NCBI GenBank assembly: GCA_963774555.1
Contig: CAVZFL010000001.1
Location: 357,127 to 421,126, forward strand
Source of the DNA: an uncultured Solirubrobacterales bacterium
Lineage (GTDB): Bacteria; Actinomycetota; Thermoleophilia; Solirubrobacterales; 70-9
Length of the DNA: 64,000 nt
Direction: 5' to 3'
The position numbers and the translations under genes were made by a program. The notes beneath the pieces were generated by a model. It did not search any database. It worked only from the letters and a program-made list of their open reading frames with translations, and was not told the DNA's origin. Shown here piece by piece: positions 21,495-31,191 of the stretch (positions are counted from its first letter, which is position 1; the number at the start of each line of letters is the position of its first letter).

Positions 21495-22730
21495 CTACGC
21501 GTCCGACTGCAGTTGCGCGAGCTGGTTCTCAACCGTTGAGACCAGGTCGTCGGGAACGCCCTCGGTCTCTTGGCGTGCCGCGGCTATAGCCACCGACGCC
21601 TCAGCCAAGAGCTCGCTGACGGTCTTCAGGGCACGCTCGCGCGAAAGCCCCCAGCCTGCAGCCTCGTTGACGAGCCGCCGCATCGTCACGCGGTTGGTGC
21701 GGCGGACACCGTCGATGTACATCGCCAGGCGGTCGTCTCCATAGTGCAGTGTGCAGAGGAGGTCGTATAGCGGAGCCAGGGCCAAAGCGCCCGAAGGGCG
21801 GTGCAGCAGGGAGAAATTCTTGCCGTGGGCATCCCCGTTGCCGATCAGCACATTCAAGGTGACCGCTCGCACCAGTTTGTCCAGCGAGTCGGCAGCGGCG
21901 ACCGCTTGCAAAACGGTGGCGATCTGTCGCAGCGAGGGCCCACCGTCTTCCTCGTACTTCATCTCCGGTGCCACACCCGTGGCCTGGCAGAGGTCCTCTT
22001 GGTGGATGCGCTCGACCGAACCGCCGACCGCGACGGCTCGGTCGTACCGCTCGACGACGAGCAGCTTGCGCTTAGCGATTTTCGTCGTCTCAACGCGGGC
22101 AACATCGAGATCGAGATGCCCTGCGATCCGCATGCAGAAGGCCTCGTTTTCGGTTGTCTGCGGATAAGCGGCAATCTCGGGCTTGAGAATGTGGGTCGAC
22201 GGCGCCCCGTCGACCGGGCTTCCCCATGAGCCGTCCGGCATTCGGGTGAGGACGAGCTTCTCCTGAACACCAGCGAGGGAGATCCGAACCCTTCCCCCGG
22301 CACCGAGTGGCGCGCTGCGGAGATTTTCGACCAAGGCGCTGAGCCGCTTTGCGCCAAGCGGTTCGGCAGCGGTCGTCGTCGGGTGTGGCGGAGGGGGATC
22401 CTGCGCCAGCTGAATGACCACGGCGCCGGCGCAGTCGCGCCCGAGCGCCCGGATCAATTCGAACGTGTCGTTCGCGGGCACACCGACGTCGCGGGCGATC
22501 AGCCTCCGTGGCTCGCCCTCCGGCAGCAGGCCATCGAGAAACGGACGCACCACGCCCTGGGGATAACGCCGGCTCGCGACGGGGAGCGAGAGAGACAGGA
22601 GCGGTGTGCCCAGGTCATAGCGATCGAGGGCCTCCTCGGTGTAGGTGAGTCGAGGCCGACCACGCTCACGATCGATCAGCGCCACCCGCTCGCCGTAGAG
22701 CCAGACCGCGAGCTCGTCCGCCATCACCAA
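21495..22730 (-). CDS. hipA: HipA-family Ser/Thr kinase toxin
   Basis: 411 aa. It has the HipA N-terminal coupling region (LAVWLYGERVALIDRE...PFLDGLLPEG...RDCAGAV) and a C-terminal kinase domain (GNGDAHGKNFSLL). It overlaps the upstream HTH gene. Confidence 0.85.
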   Translation of the reverse strand: MVMADELAVWLYGERVALIDRERGRPRLTYTEEALDRYDLGTPLLSLSLPVASRRYPQGVVRPFLDGLLPEGEPRRLIARDVGVPANDTFELIRALGRDCAGAVVIQLAQDPPPPHPTTTAAEPLGAKRLSALVENLRSAPLGAGGRVRISLAGVQEKLVLTRMPDGSWGSPVDGAPSTHILKPEIAAYPQTTENEAFCMRIAGHLDLDVARVETTKIAKRKLLVVERYDRAVAVGGSVERIHQEDLCQATGVAPEMKYEEDGGPSLRQIATVLQAVAAADSLDKLVRAVTLNVLIGNGDAHGKNFSLLHRPSGALALAPLYDLLCTLHYGDDRLAMYIDGVRRTNRVTMRRLVNEAAGWGLSRERALKTVSELLAEASVAIAAARQETEGVPDDLVSTVENQLAQLQSDA

Positions 22731-22981
22731 TCTGCTCGATCGAGGGTGATCCGCACGCCGAGCTGTCGTAGTACTCGGAGGATCCGCTTCACCTGCTCGG
22801 TCTCCTTCCCGGTCTCCAGCTCGGAGAGGTAGCTTCGCTGCAATCCCGCCAGATCTGCCAACTGCGCTTGCGTCAATCCGGCCTCTGTTCGGTAATGGCG
22901 GATCGCGTCTCCCAGCGACGCCGCCGTGTAGATCCGAAATGGACGCCGGGCCTCAGCCTTGCCTCTATCTTCCGTCGGCAT
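22724..22981 (-). CDS. hipB: HipB-like XRE-family HTH antitoxin
   Basis: LGDAIRHYRTEAGLTQAQLADLAGLQRSYLSELETG. The start is placed at ATG 22981 because the longer track ORF (to 23044) would contain the operator palindrome. Confidence 0.75.
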   Translation of the reverse strand: MPTEDRGKAEARRPFRIYTAASLGDAIRHYRTEAGLTQAQLADLAGLQRSYLSELETGKETEQVKRILRVLRQLGVRITLDRADW

Positions 22982-23006
22982 AATCCGACAGCGTAGCACT
23001 GACGAG

Positions 23007-23036
23007 ATATTCCGACAACAGGTAATGTCGGAATAT
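23007..23036. promoter_or_regulatory. probable HipB operator, 11-N8-11 perfect palindrome
   Basis: ATATTCCGACA-acaggtaa-TGTCGGAATAT, 26-56 nt upstream of the hipB ATG. A related half-site, AATCCGACA, is at 22982-22990. The N8 spacing is the same as the E. coli hipB operator TATCC-N8-GGATA. Confidence 0.6.
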
Positions 23037-23093
23037 CCCAACAACTCCCGTTGCCAGCCGCCCCGATTCCCCCGCTATCCTTCGCCTGGCTGC

Positions 23094-23167
<74 letters not shown>

Positions 23168-23179
23168 CTCGTGCAACAG

Positions 23180-23665
23180 ATGCAGATCTACGGCGTCAGC
23201 TTCGACATGGTCGGCAAGCAGCCGATCGTCTTGCTGAAGGCGGTCGACAGCAACAAGTTCCTGCCGATCTGGATCGGGCACCCGGAGGCGGCGGCGATCC
23301 TGATGAAGCTGCAGGGGGCCTCGACGCCGCGGCCGATGACCCACGACCTGCTCTCCGACCTGCTCGAGCAGCTCGACGCCAAATGCGAGCGGGTCTCGGT
23401 CACCGAACTGCGCGACAACACCTTCTACGCCTCGATCACGGTCTCGATCAACGGCACCGAGCTGGAGATCGACTCGCGCCCCTCCGACGCCCTCGCCCTC
23501 GCCGTCCGCGTCTCGGCGCCGATCTTTGCCGACGAGGACGTGATCGAGGAGTCGGCGATCGAGTTCGAGCACGACGTCGAGGACACCGAGGAGGTCGTCG
23601 ACAAATTCAAAGAGTTCCTCGACGAGGTCACCCCCGACGACTTCGCCAAGGGTGAGGATTCCTAA
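23180..23665 (+). CDS. bifunctional nuclease family protein (DUF151/BFN domain)
   Basis: MQIYGVSFDMVGKQPIVLLKAVDSNKFLPIWIGHPEAAAI...RPMTHDLL...RPSDALALAVR. The track start, GTG at 23171, is only 4 nt after the tRNA, so ATG 23180 is preferred. Confidence 0.8.
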   Translation: MQIYGVSFDMVGKQPIVLLKAVDSNKFLPIWIGHPEAAAILMKLQGASTPRPMTHDLLSDLLEQLDAKCERVSVTELRDNTFYASITVSINGTELEIDSRPSDALALAVRVSAPIFADEDVIEESAIEFEHDVEDTEEVVDKFKEFLDEVTPDDFAKGEDS

Positions 23666-24594
23666 GCGCCCGCCGGAGTGAGCGCCAGGTCGAGGATCTT
23701 CTCGACCAGCTGCTCGAAAGACATTCCCGCCGCCTCGGCTGCTTGGGGGAGGAGGCTGGTGTCGGTGAGGCCGGGGATCGCATTGACCTCGAGCACCTGC
23801 GGGCCGTCGGCGGCGAGGATCAGGTCGACGCGGGAGAAGCCGGAGCAGCCGAGCGCCTCGTAGGCCGCCAACGCCGCCTCAGTCACCGCCGCCGCCTCGC
23901 CTTCGTCGAGCTCGGCGGGGCAGACGAAGGAGGTGCGGCCAATCTCATAGCGCGCTTCGAAGTCGTAGCTGTCGCCGCTGCCAGGGATCGCCTCGACCAC
24001 CGGCAGCGGCTCACCGCCGAGCACGCTGACCGCCAGCTCACGCCCGTCGATATAGCGCTCGAGCAGCACTCGGTCGTCATAGCTGAAGGCCGAGACCAGC
24101 GCCTCGGGCACGTCGAACCAGCTCTCGGCGAACTTGACCCCGAGGGCCGAGCCACCGCGGCTCGGCTTGACCACGAGCGGAAAGCCGAGCCGCTCCTCAA
24201 GGCCGCCGAGCGCGTCGGCGGCGCCGAGCTCGCGGAAGGCGGTCTCGTTGAAGGCGAACCAGTCGGGTGTCGGCACGCCGGCCGCACGCAGCTCGTGCTT
24301 GGCCAGGACCTTGTCGATGCAGCGGGCGCAGGCGGCGACGCCGGGGCCGGTGAAGGGGATGCCGAGGATTTCCAGCAGCTCCTGCGCAGTCCCGTCCTCG
24401 CCGCCGGGCCCGTGCATGGCGACGAAGGCGATCTCGGGTTGCTCGGCGATCAGCTTCTTGACCAGCTCGGCGTCGGCCTCCAGCGGCAGAACCTCGTGCC
24501 CGAGCCGCTCCAGCGCGTCTTCGACCCGCGCTCCGGAGCGCAGCGAGACGCCGCGCTCCAGCGAGCGTCCGCCTTTCAGCACGGCGACCTTCAC
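23662..24594 (-). CDS. ddl: D-alanine--D-alanine ligase
   Basis: 310 aa with VAVLKGGRSLERGVSLRSG, HGPGGEDGTAQELLE, an ATP-grasp region, and NAIPGLT. Confidence 0.9.
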   Translation of the reverse strand: MKVAVLKGGRSLERGVSLRSGARVEDALERLGHEVLPLEADAELVKKLIAEQPEIAFVAMHGPGGEDGTAQELLEILGIPFTGPGVAACARCIDKVLAKHELRAAGVPTPDWFAFNETAFRELGAADALGGLEERLGFPLVVKPSRGGSALGVKFAESWFDVPEALVSAFSYDDRVLLERYIDGRELAVSVLGGEPLPVVEAIPGSGDSYDFEARYEIGRTSFVCPAELDEGEAAAVTEAALAAYEALGCSGFSRVDLILAADGPQVLEVNAIPGLTDTSLLPQAAEAAGMSFEQLVEKILDLALTPAGA

Positions 24595-25970
24595 GCTCCT
24601 TCGGCCTTTCTGAAGGGGACGACGTTCTCGCCCTCGCCCTCCGGCTCGGCCCTGGCCGAAGGCGCCGGCTGCTCACCGGTCAACGCCCTGTACAGCTCGA
24701 CCTGCTCGGCGATCGTCTTGCCGATCCGGCGCACCCCCTCGCGGATCTCTTCCTCGCTACTACCGGAGAAGTTGAGCCGCATCGAGTTGCGGCCACGGCC
24801 GTCGACGTAGGCGGCCTGCCCGGGCACGAAGGCGACGTTCTCGCGCAGCGCCTTGGCCAGCAGGTCGGTGGTGTCGATGTAGGGCGGCAGCGTCGCCCAG
24901 ACGAAGAGGCCGCCTTCGGGTTCGGTCCAGCTCGCCTGCGGCGGGAAGTGGGTGCGCAGGGCGTCGAGCATCGTGTCGCGGCGCCCGCGGTAGAGCTCGA
25001 TCAGGCTGGCGATGTACTCGCGCCAGCGGCCTTCCCCGAAGTACTCGCGGACGAAGTACTGGGTCAGGGTGGAGGTGCAGAGGTCGGAGGCCTGCTTGCC
25101 GAGCACGACCTTCTCCATCACCGGTGGCGGCGCCACCGCCCAGCCGAGGCGGATCCCGGGGGAGAGGATCTTCGAGAAGGTGCCGACGTAGATGACGAAG
25201 TCGCCACCGTCGAGCTGGTAGAGAGGCGGCAGCGGATCGCCGCCGAAGCGCAGCAGACCGTAGGGGTTGTCCTCGATCACGAGCAGCTCGCGAGCGCGCG
25301 CCAGCTCGACCAGCCGCTGGCGCCGTTGCAGCGACATCGTCACCCCGGCCGGGTTCTGGAAGCTCGGCACCGAGTAGATCAGCTTCGGCCGCCGCCCTTC
25401 GCCGTCGAGCCGCTCCAGCGTCGCCTCCAGCTCCTCGATCCGCATCCCCTCGGCGTCGCACTCGATCTGGATCGTCTCCGCCTCGTAGCTGCAGAAGACC
25501 GGGATCGCACCCGGGTAGGTGGGGGCCTCGCAGATCACCACGTCGCCGGGGTCGAGCAGGGCCTTGCAGATCAGGTCGATCGCCTGCTGGCCGCCAGTGG
25601 TGACGATCACGTCCTCGGGGTCGGGCAGCATCCCCTCCGCCCCCATCACCTCGACGATGCAGTCGACGGTCTCGCGGAAGCCCTCGGTCGGCCCGTACTG
25701 CAGCGCCTCCGCCGAGGACTCCTGGGCGATCCTGGTCATCTGCGCGGCGAAGGTCTGGGGCGGAAAGCTCGCCGTGTCCGGCAGGCCGCCGGCGAGCGAG
25801 ATCACGTCAGGCCGCGCCGTCACCGCCATCAGGTCGCGCATCGCCGAGGAGCGCATCACCTTGGTCCGCTTGGCGAAGAGCCCGGCGTAGCGCTCCAGGT
25901 CGCTGCTGCTGGCGTGCGCGCGACGCCGGTGGGGGAGGTCCGACATGTGGATAGTGTGGCGAATCGGCAC
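24591..25970 (-). CDS. PLP-dependent aminotransferase, class I/II (2-aminoadipate/aromatic aminotransferase-like)
   Basis: 459 aa with AGGLPD, YGPTEG, PTYPG, PSFQNPAG, and GTFSKILSPGIRLGW (PLP lysine). The start is uncertain (ATG at 25946 is also possible). Confidence 0.8.
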   Translation of the reverse strand: MPIRHTIHMSDLPHRRRAHASSSDLERYAGLFAKRTKVMRSSAMRDLMAVTARPDVISLAGGLPDTASFPPQTFAAQMTRIAQESSAEALQYGPTEGFRETVDCIVEVMGAEGMLPDPEDVIVTTGGQQAIDLICKALLDPGDVVICEAPTYPGAIPVFCSYEAETIQIECDAEGMRIEELEATLERLDGEGRRPKLIYSVPSFQNPAGVTMSLQRRQRLVELARARELLVIEDNPYGLLRFGGDPLPPLYQLDGGDFVIYVGTFSKILSPGIRLGWAVAPPPVMEKVVLGKQASDLCTSTLTQYFVREYFGEGRWREYIASLIELYRGRRDTMLDALRTHFPPQASWTEPEGGLFVWATLPPYIDTTDLLAKALRENVAFVPGQAAYVDGRGRNSMRLNFSGSSEEEIREGVRRIGKTIAEQVELYRALTGEQPAPSARAEPEGEGENVVPFRKAEGA

Positions 25971-25999
25971 CGAGGGACCGGGGGAGTTAGGTTTTCCGC

Positions 26000-26434
26000 G
26001 TGGGATCTTTCTCCGGCATCTGCCTCGAGCTCGGCATCGGCATCGCGATCGGGATGCTGGCCGGGACCACCGGCACGCACGGCTCGGCCCGCGGCCGGAT
26101 GACGATCCTCGCCGGCATCATCGGTCTCGTCGTCGGCTTCCTGCTCGCCGGCGGCGCCGACGTCAACAGCGCAGCGGGAGCCTTCTTCGGCCTCCTCGGC
26201 GCGGTAATCGGCTGCCTGATCGTCAGCGACGTGGTCAGCTCCGCCGGCCGCCGCGAGGGCAGCGGCTCCGGTGCCCTGGCCTTTCTCGTCTCGCTGGCGG
26301 CGCTGCTCGTCCTCGCAATCGCGATCCTGATCTCCCCCGCGGTCTTGCTGGTTCTCGCCGCTTTGATCTGGCTGGGCATCTCTAGACGTCGACGGGCGCA
26401 GCGCAAACACGCCGGCCTCCGGGTCCTGCGTTAG
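26000..26434 (+). CDS. small integral membrane protein, function unknown
   Basis: 144 aa with four Gly/Ala/Ile-rich hydrophobic segments. Codon third-position GC bias supports coding. Confidence 0.5.
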   Translation: MGSFSGICLELGIGIAIGMLAGTTGTHGSARGRMTILAGIIGLVVGFLLAGGADVNSAAGAFFGLLGAVIGCLIVSDVVSSAGRREGSGSGALAFLVSLAALLVLAIAILISPAVLLVLAALIWLGISRRRRAQRKHAGLRVLR

Positions 26435-26456
26435 TCGCAGCGCCCGGTCCGCGATC

Positions 26457-28028
26457 ATGGCGGCAGTGGCTGCCAAGAAGCCCAAGAAGCTCGTCCTCAC
26501 CTACGTCGACTCGCTGCGGACCGACATGCTCCAGCGTGCCGTGGCCGAGGACCGCGCGCCGACCTTCGGCGCCCTGCTCGAGCGTGGCGTCTTCATCCCC
26601 GACTGCGTCTCCAGCTTCCCTTCGGTGACCCCGGTCGCCAGCGCCGAGATGGTCACCGGGCTTGGCGCCGATGGCCACTGGATCAGCGGCATGAACTGGT
26701 ACCACCGGCTCGAGCGCCGCTACGTCGAATACGGCTCTTCGCTCGAGGCCAGTCGCACGGTCGGCATCTTCCGCGCCCTCTACGACCTCGTCTACAACAT
26801 GAACCTGGCCCACCTCAACCCGGGGATCGCGACGCTCTTCGAGCAGCTCGACGACGCCGGCCTGCGCACGGCCTGCACGCCGTTCCTGATCTACCGCGGC
26901 CGCCACCGCCACCAGGTCTCGCTCGACGGGCTGCTGCGCCGCGCCGTCGACGCGACCAGGCTCAAGTTCCGCCACCACACCTGGGGCCCGGCCGAGCTCT
27001 TCTACGGCGACCTCTACGCCAGCCGCGAGGTGCCCTGCAAGTCGACCTCGATCCCCGGCAGCCGCGACGGCTACTCGGCCTGCTGCGCCGCCGAGCTGGC
27101 CAAGGCCGACGGCTTCGACTTCCTGCTCTTCTCGCTGCCCGACAACGACAACTACTCCCACCGCCACGGCCCCGAGGCGAGCGTCGAGTCGATCGCCAAG
27201 GCCGACCACTGCTTCGGCAAGCTGGTCGAGGCCGGCGGCGGCCTCGACGCCTTCCTCGCAGAGCACGCAGTGATCCTGCTCGCCGACCACGCCCAGACCG
27301 ACGTGCACCGCGGCCTGCCGCTGGCCGAGCTGCTGGGCCGGGACTGGGCGGTGCTGCAGCCCTCCGAGGCGCAGCCCGAGCAGGCGCAGCTGGCGGTCAG
27401 CCCGACGGGTCGCGCCACGCACGTCTACCTGCTGCCGGGGGAGGGCGAGCGAGCGGACCCCGAAGCCGTCCGCCGCGCGCTGGGCATGATCGAAGGCATC
27501 GACCTCGTCTGTCGCCTGGAGACGGCCGACGGGAATCCGCTGCGCCGCGAGGATCCCGGAGCCCCGCCGAGCGGAGCGACGGCGGTGATCGAACGCCGCG
27601 GCGAGAAGCTGCGCTTCCACCCCGAGGTGCAACGCGCTGTCCACCTACTGGGGGGGCAAGACGTTGCACCGGTCGTCGATCTGCGTGGTGCGCGCTGGGA
27701 GGTCGAGGGCGATCTCGCCGTGCTGGAGGCGACCGTGGAGGATGGACGACTTTCCAGTGCCACCTACCCCGATCCTCTGGCCCGCGTCTGGTCGGCGCTC
27801 AACGCTCCGCACGCGGGCGACTTCATCCTCTCGTTGGAGCCGGGCTACGAGGCGGTCGACTGGGGCGGCGTCACCCACGCGGGGGGCGGAAGCCACGGTG
27901 CGCTGCACGCCGGCGACTCGCTCGGCCCGCTGCTTTTCGTCGGTTGCGGTCCTCAGAGCGCTGAGGAGCGAGAGCAGTGGACCCTGTCCGACGTGGCCCC
28001 GGCAGTGCGCGATCACTTCGGTCTATGA
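26457..28028 (+). CDS. alkaline-phosphatase-superfamily protein (type I phosphodiesterase/nucleotide pyrophosphatase-like)
   Basis: 523 aa with YVDSLRTD, SSFPSVTPVASAEMVTG, SLPDNDNYSHRHGP, and GGGSHGALH near the C-terminus. It contains repeat element E3 in frame. Confidence 0.65.
   Translation: MAAVAAKKPKKLVLTYVDSLRTDMLQRAVAEDRAPTFGALLERGVFIPDCVSSFPSVTPVASAEMVTGLGADGHWISGMNWYHRLERRYVEYGSSLEASRTVGIFRALYDLVYNMNLAHLNPGIATLFEQLDDAGLRTACTPFLIYRGRHRHQVSLDGLLRRAVDATRLKFRHHTWGPAELFYGDLYASREVPCKSTSIPGSRDGYSACCAAELAKADGFDFLLFSLPDNDNYSHRHGPEASVESIAKADHCFGKLVEAGGGLDAFLAEHAVILLADHAQTDVHRGLPLAELLGRDWAVLQPSEAQPEQAQLAVSPTGRATHVYLLPGEGERADPEAVRRALGMIEGIDLVCRLETADGNPLRREDPGAPPSGATAVIERRGEKLRFHPEVQRAVHLLGGQDVAPVVDLRGARWEVEGDLAVLEATVEDGRLSSATYPDPLARVWSALNAPHAGDFILSLEPGYEAVDWGGVTHAGGGSHGALHAGDSLGPLLFVGCGPQSAEEREQWTLSDVAPAVRDHFGL
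27626..27670 (+). repeat. 45-nt palindromic element, family E, copy 3, located inside a CDS in frame
   Basis: GGTGCAACG-N27-CGTTGCACC has the same 9-nt termini and the same 45-nt length as 36944-36988. It encodes ..VQRAVHLLGGQDVAP.. Confidence 0.6.
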
Positions 28029-29695
28029 GGTGGGCGGCGACGACGCTCGTCGCGGCGCTCCTGATCCTCCCCGCGACCGCGACGGCCTCTCCGGATCAGC
28101 TCGGCGCGACTGAAGCGAGCAAGGCCGCCAGCCGCGACCCGAACGTGGCCAAGGAGCGGGCCGAGAACGGTGCGCTGACCCACAGCGCCAACAAGGTCGA
28201 CGGCAACTGGGAGGTCGCCTACTTCGCCGCCGACAAAGAGGTGGCGCTGGTCATCGTCGATCCGCACAGCGGCGCCGTGCGCGAGTCCTGGACCGGTTAC
28301 CAGGTCGCCTGGAAGATGGCCCGCGGCTACTCGGGCGCCTTCGGCCACAAGCTCAACGCCCCCTACGTCTTCCTGCCGCTCTGCGCGATCTTCCTGCTCG
28401 GCCTCCTCGACTGGCGGCGGCTGCGACGGGTCGCCAACCTCGACCTCCTCTTCCTGCTCGCCTTCGGCGTCTCCCACTTCTTCTTCAACCGCGCCGAAAT
28501 CGGCATCTCCGTGCCGCTCCAATACGTCCCGCTCACCTACCTCTTCGCCCGTGCCCTCTGGATCGGCCTGCGCGGCAAGGGGGAGGGGGAGGGGATCCGG
28601 CCGGTCTGGCCGGCAACCTGGCTGCTGCTCGCCGCTCTCTTCCTGCTCGGCGTGCGGGTTGGGCTCAACATGGCCGACTCGGGCGCGATCGACGTCGGCT
28701 ACGCCGGTGTCGTCGGCGCCGACCGCATCGCCCACGGCGAACCGATCTACGGCAACTTCCCCGCCGACGTCTCCCAGGGAGACACCTACGGCCCGGTCAA
28801 CTACGTCGCCTACGTCCCCTTCGAGCGGATCTGGCCCTGGTCGGGCACCTGGAACGATCTCCCCGCCGCCCACGGGGCGGCCGTCTTCTTCGACCTCGCC
28901 ACCGTCGCCCTGCTCTTCCTGCTCGGCCGCCGCGTTCGTCCCGGCCCCGCCGGCAGCAAGCTCGCCGCAACCCTGGTCTTCGGCTGGGCGGCGTACCCCT
29001 ACACGGCCTTCGCCCTGCTCTCGAACTCCAACGACACCCTGGTGGCGATGCTCCTGGTAGCGGTCATGCTGGCCCTGGCCCGCCCCGCCGCAAGAGGCGC
29101 GTTCGCAGCTCTAGCGACCTTCGCCAAGTTCGCCCCGGCGGTATTGGTACCAATGCTTGCGACGTATCGACCCGCGGGTCCTGTCACCGCAGGGGACCCC
29201 CCACCCCCTCCGGTCGCTAAAGCGTCCTCGGGGGCGGGCCCCCCTACGGCGCCACCCGCGGTAGCCATGTTTGCGGTGGCATTCGCACTAACCACCTTGG
29301 TGGCAGTGCTGTGGCCCGCAATCAATCCCGGCCTCCACACCTTCTACGACCGCACCATCGCCTACCAGGCCGGAAGAGATTCCCCCTTCAGCATCTGGGG
29401 TCAGGCCCCAACGCTTGAACCCCTCCGCATAGCGATCCTCGCCGCAGTCGCCGCCCTCTCCCTGACCTTCGCCTTCCGCCCCAAGGACAAGAAGCTCCCC
29501 CAAGTGGCAGCCCTGGCCGCGGCCCTCCTAATCGGCCTGCAGCTAACGATGCACCACTGGTTCTACCTCTACATCGTCTGGTTCTACCCGCTCCTCCTGA
29601 TCGCGCTGGTGGTCGGGGTACCCATCGTCGGACACTCAAGAGCAGCCGCAGGCTGCTCGTCCGACGATGGGTACCCCGACCACCTCCCAACCTAA
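28025..29695 (+). CDS. polytopic membrane protein, GT-C/DUF2029-like glycosyltransferase
   Basis: The ATG overlaps the upstream stop (ATGA). It has a signal-like N-terminus (MRWAATTLVAALLILPATATA) and more than 10 hydrophobic segments. The family assignment rests on general resemblance only. Confidence 0.5.
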   Translation: MRWAATTLVAALLILPATATASPDQLGATEASKAASRDPNVAKERAENGALTHSANKVDGNWEVAYFAADKEVALVIVDPHSGAVRESWTGYQVAWKMARGYSGAFGHKLNAPYVFLPLCAIFLLGLLDWRRLRRVANLDLLFLLAFGVSHFFFNRAEIGISVPLQYVPLTYLFARALWIGLRGKGEGEGIRPVWPATWLLLAALFLLGVRVGLNMADSGAIDVGYAGVVGADRIAHGEPIYGNFPADVSQGDTYGPVNYVAYVPFERIWPWSGTWNDLPAAHGAAVFFDLATVALLFLLGRRVRPGPAGSKLAATLVFGWAAYPYTAFALLSNSNDTLVAMLLVAVMLALARPAARGAFAALATFAKFAPAVLVPMLATYRPAGPVTAGDPPPPPVAKASSGAGPPTAPPAVAMFAVAFALTTLVAVLWPAINPGLHTFYDRTIAYQAGRDSPFSIWGQAPTLEPLRIAILAAVAALSLTFAFRPKDKKLPQVAALAAALLIGLQLTMHHWFYLYIVWFYPLLLIALVVGVPIVGHSRAAAGCSSDDGYPDHLPT

Positions 29696-30465
29696 GCCGG
29701 AGCCGGAACCATCACCGACTCGATCGAGGCAGCCAGCCCATCGCCGTTCACCTCGACCACCGCCCCCATCACCCACACGTCCTCCTCGGCCGTCTCGAAC
29801 TTGACCGGCATCTGCGTGATCAGCGACTCCAGGATCAGCTCCGGCTTCACTCCGAGCACGCTGGTCCGCGATCCGGTCATCCCGACGTCGGAGATGAACG
29901 CCGTCCCCTGCGGCAGCACCCGCGCATCTGCCGTCGGCACGTGGGTGTGCGTGCCGAAGACGGCGGCGACCCGGCCGTCGAGGTGCCAGCCCATCGCCAC
30001 CTTCTCGCTGGTCACCTCGGCGTGGAAGTCGACGATCGAGAAGTCGCACTCGATCTTCTCGAGGATGCTGTCGACCTCGTGGAAGGGCGAGCGGGCGACC
30101 TTGAGGCCGATCGCGCCGCTGAGGTTGATCACCCCGACCCGGCTACCCCCGGCCTCGACCACGGTGTAGCCACGGCCCGGATTGGCGTAGGGGTAGTTGG
30201 CGGGGCGTACGACCCGATCGCTGCGGTTGAGGTAGCCGTAGACCTCGCGATGGCGGTAGACGTGGTTGCCGGTCGTGATCACGTCGGCGCCGGCGTCGAA
30301 GAGCGCCTTCGCCGTCTTCTCGGTGATCCCCATGCCGCCGGCCGAGTTCTCGCCGTTGACGACGACCAGGTCGGGCGAGTGGCGCTCGCGCAGCTCCGGC
30401 ATGGCGTCGCGCAGGCCCCGCCGCCCGGGGCCGCCGACCACGTCGCCGATGAAGAGAACCTTCAT
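29692..30465 (-). CDS. YmdB-family metallophosphoesterase (TIGR00282)
   Basis: 257 aa with MKVLFIGDVVGGPGR...VVVNGENSAGGMGIT...ITTGNHV...DFHAEVTSEK...GTHTHVPTAD. Confidence 0.85.
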   Translation of the reverse strand: MKVLFIGDVVGGPGRRGLRDAMPELRERHSPDLVVVNGENSAGGMGITEKTAKALFDAGADVITTGNHVYRHREVYGYLNRSDRVVRPANYPYANPGRGYTVVEAGGSRVGVINLSGAIGLKVARSPFHEVDSILEKIECDFSIVDFHAEVTSEKVAMGWHLDGRVAAVFGTHTHVPTADARVLPQGTAFISDVGMTGSRTSVLGVKPELILESLITQMPVKFETAEEDVWVMGAVVEVNGDGLAASIESVMVPAPA

Positions 30466-30500
30466 GGTGAGAATGACCCTAACCGCGAAATTGCGAAAGG

Positions 30501-31191
30501 GTGCAGAGGGTGAGCGAGCGAAGCGACGTGCTGGAGCGGGCGATGGGCTATCCGTACGCGGCCCCGGGGCGACCCTTTGCCCAGCTCGGCCACGAGACCC
30601 TCGACCCGGCCGAGGTTGAAATCGACCGCGACGAGCGGACGCCGGTGCTGGCCTACGGCTCCAACGCCGCCCCGGTGGTGCTGGCCAGGAAGCTGGCGCT
30701 GAGCGACCAGCCCGTCCTCGTCGTTCCCGCCCGCCTCGCCGACTTCGACGTCGTCTACTCGTCGCACATCTCTCCCTACGGCGCCCTGCCGGCGACCCTG
30801 CAGCGCAGTCCCGGGACCGAGGTGCGGGTCCACGTCATCTACATGACCAGCGCCCAGATCGGCTTGATCTCGGCGACCGAGCCCAACTACGAGCCGACCG
30901 AGCTGGAAGCGGTCGAGTGCGAGCTTGAGGGAGGCGAGACGGCTGACCGAGCTCTCGGCCTACATCAGCCGTCACGGCTGCCTGCTCGTCGAGGATCGAG
31001 AGGTGGCCCTGGCGGCCGTCGAGGCGAGTGGCCGGTCGTTTGCCGCACGTGCCCAGGCCGAGATGCTCGAGTACGTCAGGGTCACGCTCTGTCCCGACGA
31101 CAGCCTCGAGTCCTTCGTTCTGGCCAACGTCACCGACCCCGACCTCTCCCAGTCCCGCTCCGCCCGGCTCCCCGGCCGCCCTTTGTCTTAG
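30501..31191 (+). CDS. hypothetical protein (apparent frameshift near 30935-30950)
   Basis: Track ORFs 30501.. and 30925..31191 join as ...ELEGGET / LTELSAYISRHGCLLVEDREVALAAV... No family was recognised with confidence. Confidence 0.4.
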
